64,000 nt of DNA from Bugula neritina (Eukaryota; Animalia; Bryozoa): contig OZ037771.1 in the NCBI GenBank assembly GCA_964035545.1, forward strand, positions 1,065,628-1,129,627. Direction: 5' to 3'. Position 1 is the first letter of the stretch. Each line of letters begins with the position of its first letter. The position numbers and the translations under genes are program-made. This document shows, piece after piece, positions 12,878 through 24,792 of this stretch. Below the pieces are notes generated by a model, which saw only the letters and a program-made list of their open reading frames with translations, had not been told where the DNA came from and did no database searches.

Positions 12878-13552
12878 TTAGGGTAATTATATGAAGCCCC
12901 CCCCCCCCCCCCCCCCCCGCCCACTTTTAGGGTAATTAAATATGGCTGCTCCTAATTGCAGGGTAATTATATGAAGCCCCGCCCACTTTTAGGGTAATTA
13001 AATATGGCTGCTCCTAATTGCAGGGTAATTATATGAAGCCCCGCCCACTTTTAGGGTAATTAAATATGGCTGCTCCTAATTGCAGGGTAATTATATGAAG
13101 CCCCGCCCACTTTTAGGGTAATTAAATATGGCTGCTCCTAATTGCAGGGTAATTATATGAAGCCCCGCCCACTTTTAGGGTAATTAAATATGGCTGCTCC
13201 TAATTGCAGGGTAATTATATGAAGCCCCGCCCACTTTTAGGGTAATTAAATATGGCTGCTCCTAATTGCAGGGTAATTATATGAAGCCCCGCCCACTTTT
13301 AGGGTAATTAAATATGGCTGCTCCTAATTGCAGGGTAATTATATGAAGCCCCGCCCACTTTTAGGGTAATTAAATATGGCTGCTCCTAATTGCAGGGCAA
13401 TTATATAAAGCCCCGCCCACTTTTAGAGTAATTAAATATGGCTGCTCCTAGTTGCAGGGTAATTAAATATGGCTCCTCCCATTTTTAGGGTAATTAAATA
13501 TGGCTCCTCCCACTTTCAGGGTAATTAAATATGGCCCCCCCACACTTAGGGT
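12878..13552. repeat. 62-bp higher-order tandem repeat made of two related 31-bp monomers (GGGTAATTATATGAAGCCCCGCCCACTTTTA + GGGTAATTAAATATGGCTGCTCCTAATTGCA)
   Basis: Period 62 (12961, 13023, 13085...), about 9 dimers plus terminal monomers; poly-C run at ~12897-12918. Confidence 0.95.
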
Positions 13553-13899
13553 GATTACATAGAGTCTAGCTGATTAGTTTTGCAGTACCCTTCTAGTTGC
13601 TTTTGCAAATATTGAAGTTATCTACTAAACACACCAACTATGACTGAGCTACCCAATGTACACTGGAAGTTAATTGAATCCTCAATGCAATACATTTTGT
13701 TTATTTGGAAAAAATTACATGGTGCTGAATTAAGAAATTCATAAAGAAAAAATATAATACAAATAAACAGTACTTGAAGTGAAGCTGAAGACAAAATGAA
13801 CTGCATGGATTACCTAATAATAATGAACAGTACTGAATAAAATTGAAACACTATTACCAACATTTATAATTACAAAACAATTAGTTTGACATTTAGCAA

Positions 13900-16800
13900 G
13901 AATATAATTGATAGAAACATTTCTGCTTAAAACCAAGCTTAATAAAGTTTCTCAGCTCAAATATACTAGTTGACATAGCTAAGTAATATATGCTCCAGTT
14001 GGCTCTGTGTTATACGTATGCTTTCCTTGAAAGTTGAGTTGTTTCTGTCATATTGCTGTTTGTTTAGTACATCCAAGAAGAGAGTTCCTAAACTATAATA
14101 GAATATCATAAACATTAAAGACTCATGTCAACATAGGTATGGAACTTTATTTAACATAATGAATATCTAAAGCATAATGCAGTAGTCTATATAAGAAATT
14201 ATAGATGCCACTAAAAATACCTCTTACTATAGTAAACATACCCATACCTTAGTATAATAGATAGAGATGTAAATCTTAATTCTTATTGTAGTCAATATAT
14301 GCTATTATTAGTATAATAAATATACACATCTTAGTATAGTAAATGTACACATCTTAGTATAGTAAATATACACATCCTAGTATAGTAAATATACACCTTA
14401 ATATAGTAAATATACAGACCTTAGTACAGTAAATATACAGACCTTAGTATAGTAAATATACAGACCTTAGTACAGTAAATATACACATCTTAGTACAGTA
14501 AATATACATATCTTAGTATAGTAAATATACACCTTAGTATAGTAAATATACGCATCTTAGTATAATAGATATACACATCTTACTGATCTTAGTATAGTAA
14601 ATATACACACCTTAGTACAGTAAATATACACATCCTAGTACAGTAAATATACACATCTTAGTACAGTAAATATACATACCTTTGAGTATTAAGCTGTACA
14701 GATTTTACATATCCCGAGATCAGAACAAGGTGAAGGTCACAACCACTAAAGGAAATGAGTCAGGCAGTTGTATCAGGCTGGTAATCCGTAAGGTCTATAG
14801 GCACTTGTTACAAACTAATAACTTATATATAAAGATATAGAAATCAAAGGCATTTACAGCTCTTATAAGTCTCCATTCTACAATCAATGAATTAGAACTG
14901 AACTAGAACTTAGATACTTATAATCCAATGGCTACAAAATACAAGTCAGTTACAATCAGACTGAGCAAGCTTAATACTGCCCCAGTCAGTGTACCACCTT
15001 CCAGGTACAAAATAGTATTAGACAACAGCTTTGGCTTTATAAGCACAGCTTGGCTTTTATTGTTTAAAACAGCTGAAAGCTTAGCTATTTTGCTGATGTA
15101 ACTTATCACTGTTAACAAAGTTTACTTTGAATAATGTGCAGGCATATTATAATAGAGAGGTTTTGCTGTGACAAATTGACCGTCATTTCATGCAGTTAAA
15201 TCTACTGCAAAGTTATGGCATACTTTGATACATGGAGAGAAACTAATAAATAATGACCTGAATACGCACCAACTAATAGATACGAAAGTGATGGTCAGGT
15301 GTTGGTAAAATCAGGATATATAGAAACCTGCTACTTACTCCACTAGACATACCACACAGACCATGCATGCATAGAGATTGTATCTATTAATGATGACAAC
15401 CTATTGTACTATAACTGCTGTTGGTAATATGACAAAAAAATCTTGTATATTAATGAAAAATAAACCGTTTGTAAATATAATCTGATGAAATGCCTACTAC
15501 AAGCAGTATTCAATTATATATAAAAGTTTCTAAGTATTAAGCAATAAATTGACAGAATAACAAAAGTTATCAATTAGAAAATTTCAATTTAGATAAAATG
15601 AAGTTTGGCATAATTTATAAGGAACAGGTTAAACAACTCCAAAATCAAACAATTTGTTTCAAAGAAGGCAATGATCTCATCAACATGAAAGTCCCATATA
15701 TTCATTTCCTTTCTTCACAATCAAATTGTGTACAACATTCAGACAAACAAAGAAAAGATAAATATGTTTTCACTTCTGCTGAGCTCACATCAACAGCTGA
15801 CCATATTATTTTATCTTGACAGAAATTAAATGTACAAGCTTTTTAATCAAGGCCCGATAAATTACCAAAACACACAATTGAAAATTTAGACATGCTAAAA
15901 ATAATAATCAGTTTACCTCACACTTCAAATAGAGTAGTATGCAGTCCACTTAAGTCTGAAATAGTCAAGGTCAAGTGAAGATCAAACAACTCCAACTAAT
16001 GATACAGCATCCATAATTAAGGCATAATTATTATTATGATGGAGCAGTCATCAGTAATCTGTAACAGCGAGTCCAATTAAGTCACTATACAGCTGCAGGT
16101 GTATTCAAAGCAACAGAAGCTGTTAAAGGTGTATAAATGAATCTTTCTATAGAGCCCGGGTAAGGCTGCCAAAAACCTTTACAACATATTGTGTAAATTC
16201 TGACAGAAGCACAATTTGGCAGCATATTAGTATTAATTGCACAACTGAGTGAAATAAACAAGTATAACTTTTAAAACTAAATAATATAAAGAGAGAATTA
16301 GCTAGGTGTTGTAGTAATTTTAATCAACAGTGGATTGTATAGCTAACACAATATATAATATGAATTAATATTTTATGCTTGCCGTTTGTATAGCTGAGTT
16401 CACCTCATTGCCATACATGCGCACATGCCAATATGTATCTAATAAAGTAAAGGTTAGATAACTCCAACTCATTGCAGGAAAGACTGTAAATATTATTGTT
16501 GCAATAACAAATCCATTTGGACACCAATCTGAAATTGGGAAGGTTTGTTATAAATCAAACACAAGAAGCAGACATCTTCTACATGGCAGCTTGTACGAAT
16601 TTTACAGATATAATTAAAACTGGTTTTTATAGCAATGCCATTTTCTTTGCTGCATTTGGTTAAACTTGACTACAAATAAAAAAGAAATATTTTAAACTAC
16701 TCTAATATAACCTATTAAGGAATTTTATTTTACTTTCCTTCAATGTTTGCAGAGATGAGATACTGACTGCAAACCATTGTACATGACTAATTCATACAAC

Positions 16801-18500
16801 TTGAGACGTAAACAAGGGACTATAGAATAATAAAGAAAGCTTAATATTAACTTTTTAAATACTTCAAACAGACACAGATTATGCATAAAATATAGACATC
16901 AGTTACAAGAAGAGTACAAGAAGTAAAGGGTAATGCTTTTCTATACATCCTGTAAAACAGAGAATAAATGAAAAAACACAGCGAAGAGAATGATAAAAAA
17001 ACACATACCTGATTATATTGAATATGGAGCTCTCAGAGCATGACAAAAGTGGTACCAACAGTTGGCTAGGTTGAAAGATGCTGTGTCAGCTGGTCAAATT
17101 GAAACAAATATGTGAATATCTGAGCTCCTTGGAGACAATTTAGAAAAACAAGACATTTGATAAATTGAAGTTGTTGGATAAATGGTCAAATATATGACAC
17201 ACATGTTATTATAGAGTATTGGACTTTTGTACTATGGCAAAAGCAGCATAGTCTATATAGAGCCACTGAAGAAATTCTTTGGGTCTGAAATATTTTTTTA
17301 GCCCAAACTGAATAATATATCGTACTCTTCCATTTCAAGGAATGACTTTGACTATAATATGAGTATTTAACTGAAAATTAAATGATTAGACAAGATTTAA
17401 AGTTTATTGTACTATTGTGGCCATTTTAGCTAGAAAATTTATAAATATTATTTTAGATATGAGCCATATTGTATGGAGTAATAAATTAATCAAAGTTATA
17501 TCTGCAGGCGTGGTGATGCTGCAAGATGAATACAGCAAAGTAACAATAAATATATTACTGACAGTTAAAGTCAGTAGACATGGGTGAGGTTGTGAAAATT
17601 TGTGTGAAATCTTATCCATAGGCAGTCGAACCTGCATAGGACATTATATCAAGATCACACAAAGTAAAATTATGTTCATCAGGACAAAATACTATTAGTA
17701 TTAAAACTGTGCAGTATTAGATACATTCAGATAAAGTAACAAACGTGTCAGCCTGAATACTCATGAATTTAAGGAGAAGCGCTAAACTCAAATTGAAGAT
17801 CTTGAAAAATGAAAAAAATAATATATTTAAATTGAAAAGAATGCAAATACTGTAACTTATAATTATTTGATCAGAAACCAGTAAACAGTAAGATATCCTG
17901 GCATATTTTAATACTGGCACAGCAGCTTGAGCTATAACAATATATGCTGCAATTAAAAAATTATAGTAAAATAATGATTGTAGACAAACTAAACAATGGG
18001 CCATGACTCACTGCAAGTGTATAACTTATTAGCCACAAAACCAACATCAAACTGAAAGCAATAATAGCATCAAGCATGAGTATAACTAAAAATATATAAT
18101 CCCCTATAAATATATTTATAATAATAATAATAGTTTTTAGTACTAATTACTATTAGTAATGTTACTAAAAACACTATTACAAGAATTGATTTTGTGGATT
18201 TAGTTCAATATAGATCAAGAAACAACAAAGTAGAAGCTAAATTGTAAACCAATTATAAAACCTTGCACTTTCAGTCTAGGAGCAGTGAAAAAACTGAATA
18301 AGTTTAATAACTATAGGAATTTCAAGCCTCTAAATAAATACAGGTCTACATACAGTTTTGTAAAAAACCAAATGTTGATAAAAAGATTATTAAATTGCAT
18401 GCTAAGTAGAGGATTACCTTAATAAGATTACCCATCAGTTTCAAATGCATTCGTGCGACCAGGTGAGTTTCAGTTTGAAGAACTAATGGTGTTACAGCAG
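13900..18500 (-). ncRNA. Putative multi-exon lncRNA divergent from NAGA; candidate exons 18418-.., 18012-18051, 17009-17284, 15917-15955, 14680-14794, ..-14087
   Basis: Repeated minus-strand donor (GTGAGT, GTATGT, GTAAAC) and acceptor pairs; exons 17009-17284 and 14680-14794 have stops in all three frames. Confidence 0.4.
14320..14678. repeat. ~23-bp minisatellite (AAATATACACATCTTAGTATAGT)n abutting a minus-strand donor
   Basis: About 15 degenerate copies. Confidence 0.9.
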
Positions 18501-18600
18501 ACCGTGCTCAGCCGTCCGTAACTGACCATGTGACTATTGTGTCGCTAGTTATAATTATTAGTTTATTTAGTAGAGACATCAATGGGCTCGCCCTTTCCGG
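18450..18600. promoter_or_regulatory. Putative bidirectional promoter for NAGA and the lncRNA; CLEAR/M-box-like GACCATGTGACT (18524-18535), ETS-like TTCCGG (18595-18600)
   Basis: CpG-enriched patch between two divergent units; MiT/TFE-type E-boxes are typical of lysosomal genes. Confidence 0.4.
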
Positions 18601-19301
18601 TTGATTGATGTTTTTCCTAATTTGAGTTGCGATTTTAAATTATAACTATTAGTATTACTGTACTGAGCTGGAATAGACCAATATATTATTGAGTTCATTG
18701 TATTACTGTATTAGTAGTAGCCTTAGGCCGTGGTATTTGGTAAAAGTAGAAGTAAATGTAATACTCTTGATCCTACTTATAGTGATATACTGATAGTAAT
18801 TAGCAATACTAATTCAGTAATTGTAATAACTAGTAATACTAATACTATAGTAATAGTAATAGTAATACTATTCAATTAGTGTTACTATTAGATTGAACTC
18901 TCAAAACTCATTATAATTGATATGAAATTAAAGCATAATAAATTTAAATTAATGATTAATGTTAATAATTTTATCATAATCATAATTGATAATGGTTACT
19001 AATTCATCAATTATTGGCAAATAAAAGAGTGTAAGTCACTAAGTGTAGTTACTATTAAATTGTAAATAATATTTATATTTTATTATAAGTATTTGTGTAT
19101 TATCAAGTAATAATTCTAAAAATTAAAGTTAACTTTAACAGTAACACTAATAGTAATACTTGCCAATGGCAATACGAATATGAATTTATATGCTCTTATA
19201 GTTGTGATCATTATTCTTGCTTTGCATCTATCAAATCAAACATATGTATGACCATCTCCAACACATTTGAACCTTGCTGCCTTGTAGTGAATGACTTGAA
19301 G

Positions 19302-21672
19302 ATGAACTGGCTACTGCTAGGGTTAGCTGCTCTGAGTCACATGGCCATTTCTCTGGATAATGGCCTGGCTAGAACTCCTCCAATGGGCTGGATGGCGTGG
19401 GAGAGATTTCGCTGCAATATTAACTGTAAAGATGATACAGACAACTGCATAGGGTACTATGGAATTTTTTATTATGGCTCTTTAACATTCCTCATAGCAA
19501 CTAAAATATTATAACCTTCACTTGGTTCTGGTGACTCTTGTCTAGTGAGAACCTCATCAAGCAGATGGCTGATAGAATGGCTGCCGACGGGTTTAAGGAT
19601 GCCGGCTACGAGTATGTCAGTATAGATGATTGCTGGTTTGCAAGTGAGCGAGACAGTAATGGCAGACTTCAGCCCGACTCCACAAGGTTTCCCAGCGGCA
19701 TGAAGGCACTGGGTGACTATGTATGTTTTCACAACCACCAGCAAGTGTTTGGCCCTCAGTCACTAGACTAACCGTTTGTGGTCTTCGAACCTCTTTGTTG
19801 TGTGATGTTCACTTCAAAACATCCAATTCTGTTGCTATACTTGGCCAGGTAGAAGCTTCAGAACTATAGTCAGCTCAGCAGTTGTGAATTCGTGCTATCT
19901 CTTATCTCTGAGTGGCTGTAAAACTTATGTCCATTAATACTTTCAGTGAAAAACTGTGCAACTTATACATAGTTCATTCAGTTATAGTATCAAGTAATGT
20001 ATGACATACTTTAGATCCACAAACTAGGACTCAAGTTCGGTATCTACGAAGATATCGGCACCAAGACTTGTGCAGGGTATCCCGGCAGTTACAATAATAT
20101 AGAGTTGGACGCACAGACATTTGCTGACTGGGGAGTGGACATGCTGAAACTGGATGGTTGCTATGCCAACGCTTCCTACTATGCATACGGTAGTTAAATA
20201 TTTACCAGGTGTTGAGGTCAAATAAATGGTACTTTGCCTTCTACCAACTGAACTATTTAATTTTTCAGTTAACAGCCTTTTTAGCCAATTATGTTTGAAT
20301 GTATGTGTGTTAATGTCTGGTGCTAAGTCTATACTTGTCACAGGCTACCCAGCTATGTCAAAGGCACTGAACAAAACTGGCCGACCCATCATGTATTCTT
20401 GCAGCTGGCCAGCCTACATTAGTAACGTAAGTCTTGTTTAGATAAGGTCTAGAACGTAGAATGGTTTGATAGCTCTCACACTCTGTACGTTCACCTATAT
20501 ACTCTCTGCTCACACTATGTACGTTGACCTATATACTCTCTTCCAACAACTGCTGTCGTTGACCTATATACTCTCTTCCAATAGCCACCATACGATGTCA
20601 TTGCTGAGCACTGCAACATATGGAGAAATTATGGTGACATCCAAGACAACTGGGACAGCGTATCTTCTATAATTAACCACTACGGTGATAATGCCGACAA
20701 GTTTGCAGAAGTTGCTGCCCCCGGCCAGTTCAACGACCCCGACGAGGTTAGTGCAAACATATATTTACTCTGAGATGCCATCTTGGAGTTTACTGAACAA
20801 AGATAATAAATTTTATTAATTTGTTGGCAAAACATAATTATTAATTGCATCATTAACTATAATATTGAGCCGCAAAATGTTTTCAGTTGTGTTACTTTTG
20901 GTGTACAGCTTATCATTGGAGACTTTGGACTAACCTATGATCAATGGAGGGCCCAAATGGCGCTGTGGGCTATTTTTGCAGCACCCCTCATTATGTCTGT
21001 GGATTTGAGAAACATAGATTCTGAGGCTACGAAAATCTTACTCAATAAGAATGTGATTGCTGTGAACCAGGACCCTCTCGGTAAACAGGGTGTTCGTATT
21101 TATAAGGTTGGTCTTATGATTACATATAGTATTTAATATAATGCATATATAATATAAATAATATAATATATTATTATTTTGCCATCTCTACATAATCTAG
21201 TCTATTTAGGATACTTCTATTCAAACTTTCCGGAGAGAATTGAAAGGCGGCAGCATGGCTGTAGCTATTTTGAGGACATCTAAAGGCCCCACCCCTGCCA
21301 GACTTGACAGATCACTCAAGGATTTGGGGCTATCAGCTGCTGTCAGTTATGATTGTTATGAAACGTTTCAAGGTAAATGTTTCCCTCTTCATGTAGCATG
21401 GTGTCATCTAATGTGAAATACTTACTCTTCATGTAGCATGGTGCCATCTAGTGTGAAATACTTACTCTTCATGTGGTGTGACTTCTGCATCCTTCACACA
21501 ATAGTGGTTGTAGACCGATGAAAGTCAGTCACACATTGTATCTGTTACAGGAGAGTTTATTGGTAGTCTGAGTCCAGATGACGAGGTTACTGTGTGGCTC
21601 AACCCTGCAGGTGGAACTTACCTCATGACGTGCCACCCAAACCCCAAACCTAACGCAAGAACCAACATCTAA
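19302..21672 (+). CDS. NAGA: Alpha-N-acetylgalactosaminidase (GH27). Exons: 19302-19453, 19546-19720, 20015-20189, 20344-20426, 20585-20746, 20909-21106, 21210-21372, 21551-21672
   Basis: Signal peptide [17 protein letters not shown] then [32 protein letters not shown] (nucleophile Asp), WRNYGDI (acid/base Asp), NDPD, QDPLG. Specificity motif SCSWPAY is the NAGA type, not the GLA type SCEWPLY. AATAAA at 21903. Confidence 0.93.
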
Positions 21673-24600
21673 CTTCACATACTCGATATATACATTCCAT
21701 TTTTATCATTTATATCAATAAGGATATACTGTATATTTCTTGTATCATACTCTTGATTCTGACGAATACTTTATTGGTTATGATCCAAGACTGATATTAG
21801 CTTTTCACTTCTCAGCTATTTCTTCTATGTATACAAGCTGAATGCCATTTATTGAAATCGTTGTACTTCTTAGCACTATATTTCCAAGCCTTTCTATAAT
21901 ATAATAAACCAGATGATTTCTCTAATCAGATCTCTATATTTTATATCTAGCATTTAATTGCTCTGGGAGTCACCAAACCCTAATAACATGGTCTAGCATA
22001 GACAAGGAAACTTGTATGCCTGTTTAGAATATGCATACCTAACACTTTTCAAAGGCAAAGTTGAAAGAGCTTTGTTTTAGTTTTAATGTGTAGCTTTACC
22101 ACCATTGATATTTAGAAAATACTGCTATCAAAATGCAGATTTATTCTGATGTTGACTGGGAGAGACAACTTTTATTGCTTAGTGTAACTTAGTGTAACAT
22201 TTGGTCTTGATGCTTCTACACATTCTGGAATATCTTTAAAATAGTATGGCAAAGGGACCCACCAACCGTGCAGATGGGCTACACACAAGCTTTGACCTGT
22301 TCCCAGCCCGCTCAACAGTCATTACTGCTGTTTGCACAATGTAAATTTTATGTGTATGAAATTTTCTGTATTTTTATTTCTTGTAAACTCAACGCTCAAC
22401 AAAGAACCAATAAGATCATTGATTAAATGCAAAAAATTTGTAAGAAAATGGAAGACAACTCCTGAGTCGCCAGTTGAACAATATTGTAGAATCATAATAA
22501 TTTACAAGTGATTAAGTTTTAATAACTCATTAGTTATAAATATAGAAGTATACTAAAATACTGACTTATCTAAGACTACACATAGTATCAATTCCAAAAT
22601 AACTATAAAATATGTAACAAATTCATTCCAATAACTTATATAAACAAACATACTTCAATAAAATTTAAAAATAATTACTTTTTACAATAAATCAAACAAT
22701 TATAAATTACATTAAATTGGAAGTGTGGTAGCTGGGCTACTTCATTGTCAACAACATAATTGTCAGTATAAGGTTGTGGATAGTATTTGCAAGAGGCGAG
22801 GGAACAACCCCCACAAGCATATTACAGTTGTTTAGCAGTGTTACCAATGGGCATTATTAACAACCAAGAGTTTAAGCTCAAACAATAGAATTAGCAATAA
22901 TTTAGCACAGGTCTACCATATTTTCTACTTGCAACTAAAGGGTGGCATATGTACTGTACCTCACACCAAATGAGACTGTTGTTGAAATCAAGCAAAAGCT
23001 CTAATTGACAGCATATTTGCCAAGATGGTCAGCAAAGTCACACGAGGTGAGATTTGCATGAAGCTTAGCAAGCTGAGCCCAGCTGTAGCACACAGGTAAC
23101 TGAAACAGGCCAAGTGTAACTAGCAGTCACATTTTTCATACACCAAATGAGCACTGGCACTTAGTAAGTCAAGTACTGGAACTTCAAGAAAAAAATTAAA
23201 AGCAAACAAATGGATTGCTTGCAATAGAAATTTCAAAAATTAATAAAGCACAAAAACGAAAATACATTTCCAGTAAAACTTAAATTAATGGCACTTTGAC
23301 TTAACCCATGTTTATAATAGAATATTCATGGCTTGGACAAATGTCCAAGCCATTACTTATCGAAAGTGGACAACTCCGGATAAGAAATATTGGAGCTGGG
23401 AGGTTATTTCTACAGTAGTCTAGAAATCACTCCATAACAAGCCGAAAATTGATTGGCCAACTCGGGAGAAACCAGTTAAGAGTGCATATATACCGGGTGG
23501 ATGTGCATAGTGTTAGCTTTGTTGCATTACTTCAATTATTCGGATAGATAGGAGATAATAGTGTGCTGCCTGCAACACAGCAGGCTGACGTGGAAACCAA
23601 GAGCCATGCTGTCAGTGCTGGCTGGTATTCATCAAGCTAATCAAGAGCAATACACACGTGAAGGCGGCAGCGGCAGCAGCAGACATAAGCTTATCTGATT
23701 GGCATATGATTGGTAGAGAGGAAAGTTATTTTATTTGACTAAGAAGCTAAAAGGGAAAAGACAAATTGGTGTGTAGCAATGAATAAACCAAGCACAATAT
23801 ATTTGTAGTAGTATAACTAATAACAAAACATGCAAGCAAAATTTCTTTCAAGATATTTAAATAAGCAACATTTGCAGTCTACCATTAAAGTGGGGACTAG
23901 CGGCAAAGGCTGGCTAGTAGCAGCGGTCGCCATAGCAACTATCATACAGGAAATACCAGTTTAGTAGCCAGCAGCTGATTGGTTGATTGGATGGCCATAT
24001 TATTTGTGAACACAGAAGTGACGCAGTGTTATCAACTCAATATTATGACCATCAAATCAAATAAATCAGATTCAGAATCATCAAGCAATATGGCAGCTTA
24101 GCAATAAGCAGCAAGCATTGGTTGCCGTCTAGAATAGGGTGGTGAATAATGCACCCATCCACACTCCTGGCAAAATACTTTAGAACCTAGTCTGAAAATA
24201 AAAACTAAATGGACTCGGTGGAATCTGTTAGATAAAATATCTTGAAAGAACATTATATGCTCAAAAATTCTGTACATAAAACAAAAATATTACTAATAAT
24301 ATAGTCATCTCCAAATAAAATGTAATTTCTAAAAGGATAAAGTTGAAATTGTAATATGGTGATCTACAATAATAATAATAAGAATAATAATAATAACGTG
24401 TTTTGACACTTCGGTTCTTTTGAAAAATACAGTAAAATGATAGAAAAACCTGCTCTCAAACAATACCAATCTGTGGAATATATCTCACATATTTAGTGGT
24501 ACATGCTAAGACATAAAACCTGGCAGACGAGTACCAGACTAAAACAATACATCTTAAAACTAGTAATACATTCATATACATGTAATCAACCTTCTTTCAG

Positions 24601-24792
24601 CGGTTGAACCTAAACCGACAGCTGTGTACTGACTGCCAATCACAGACCACATCTCATACCACTTCAGTTGAACATCATAGAGGACGAGCAAGCATTTTGA
24701 TTGGTCAATATTTGCTAATTAACATTTTGATTGGTCAGCACCACAGTGAGACTGAGTTGTTAAAATAAGATGATTTCCATATATTCAGTTGA

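Noticed and set aside
12878-13552. TTAGGG-containing array near TEP1 as telomeric repeat or CRISPR array
   Set aside because: TTAGGG occurs once per 62-bp unit rather than in tandem; there are no unique spacers, no cas genes, and the context is eukaryotic.
17615-17640. tRNA/SINE B-box-like GGTTCGA on the minus strand
   Set aside because: No T-arm pairing, A box or cloverleaf.
8700-18500. Telomerase RNA or vault RNA next to TEP1
   Set aside because: No CTAACCCTAA-type template and no convincing Pol III A/B box pair with terminator found by eye; an Infernal search would be needed to exclude them.
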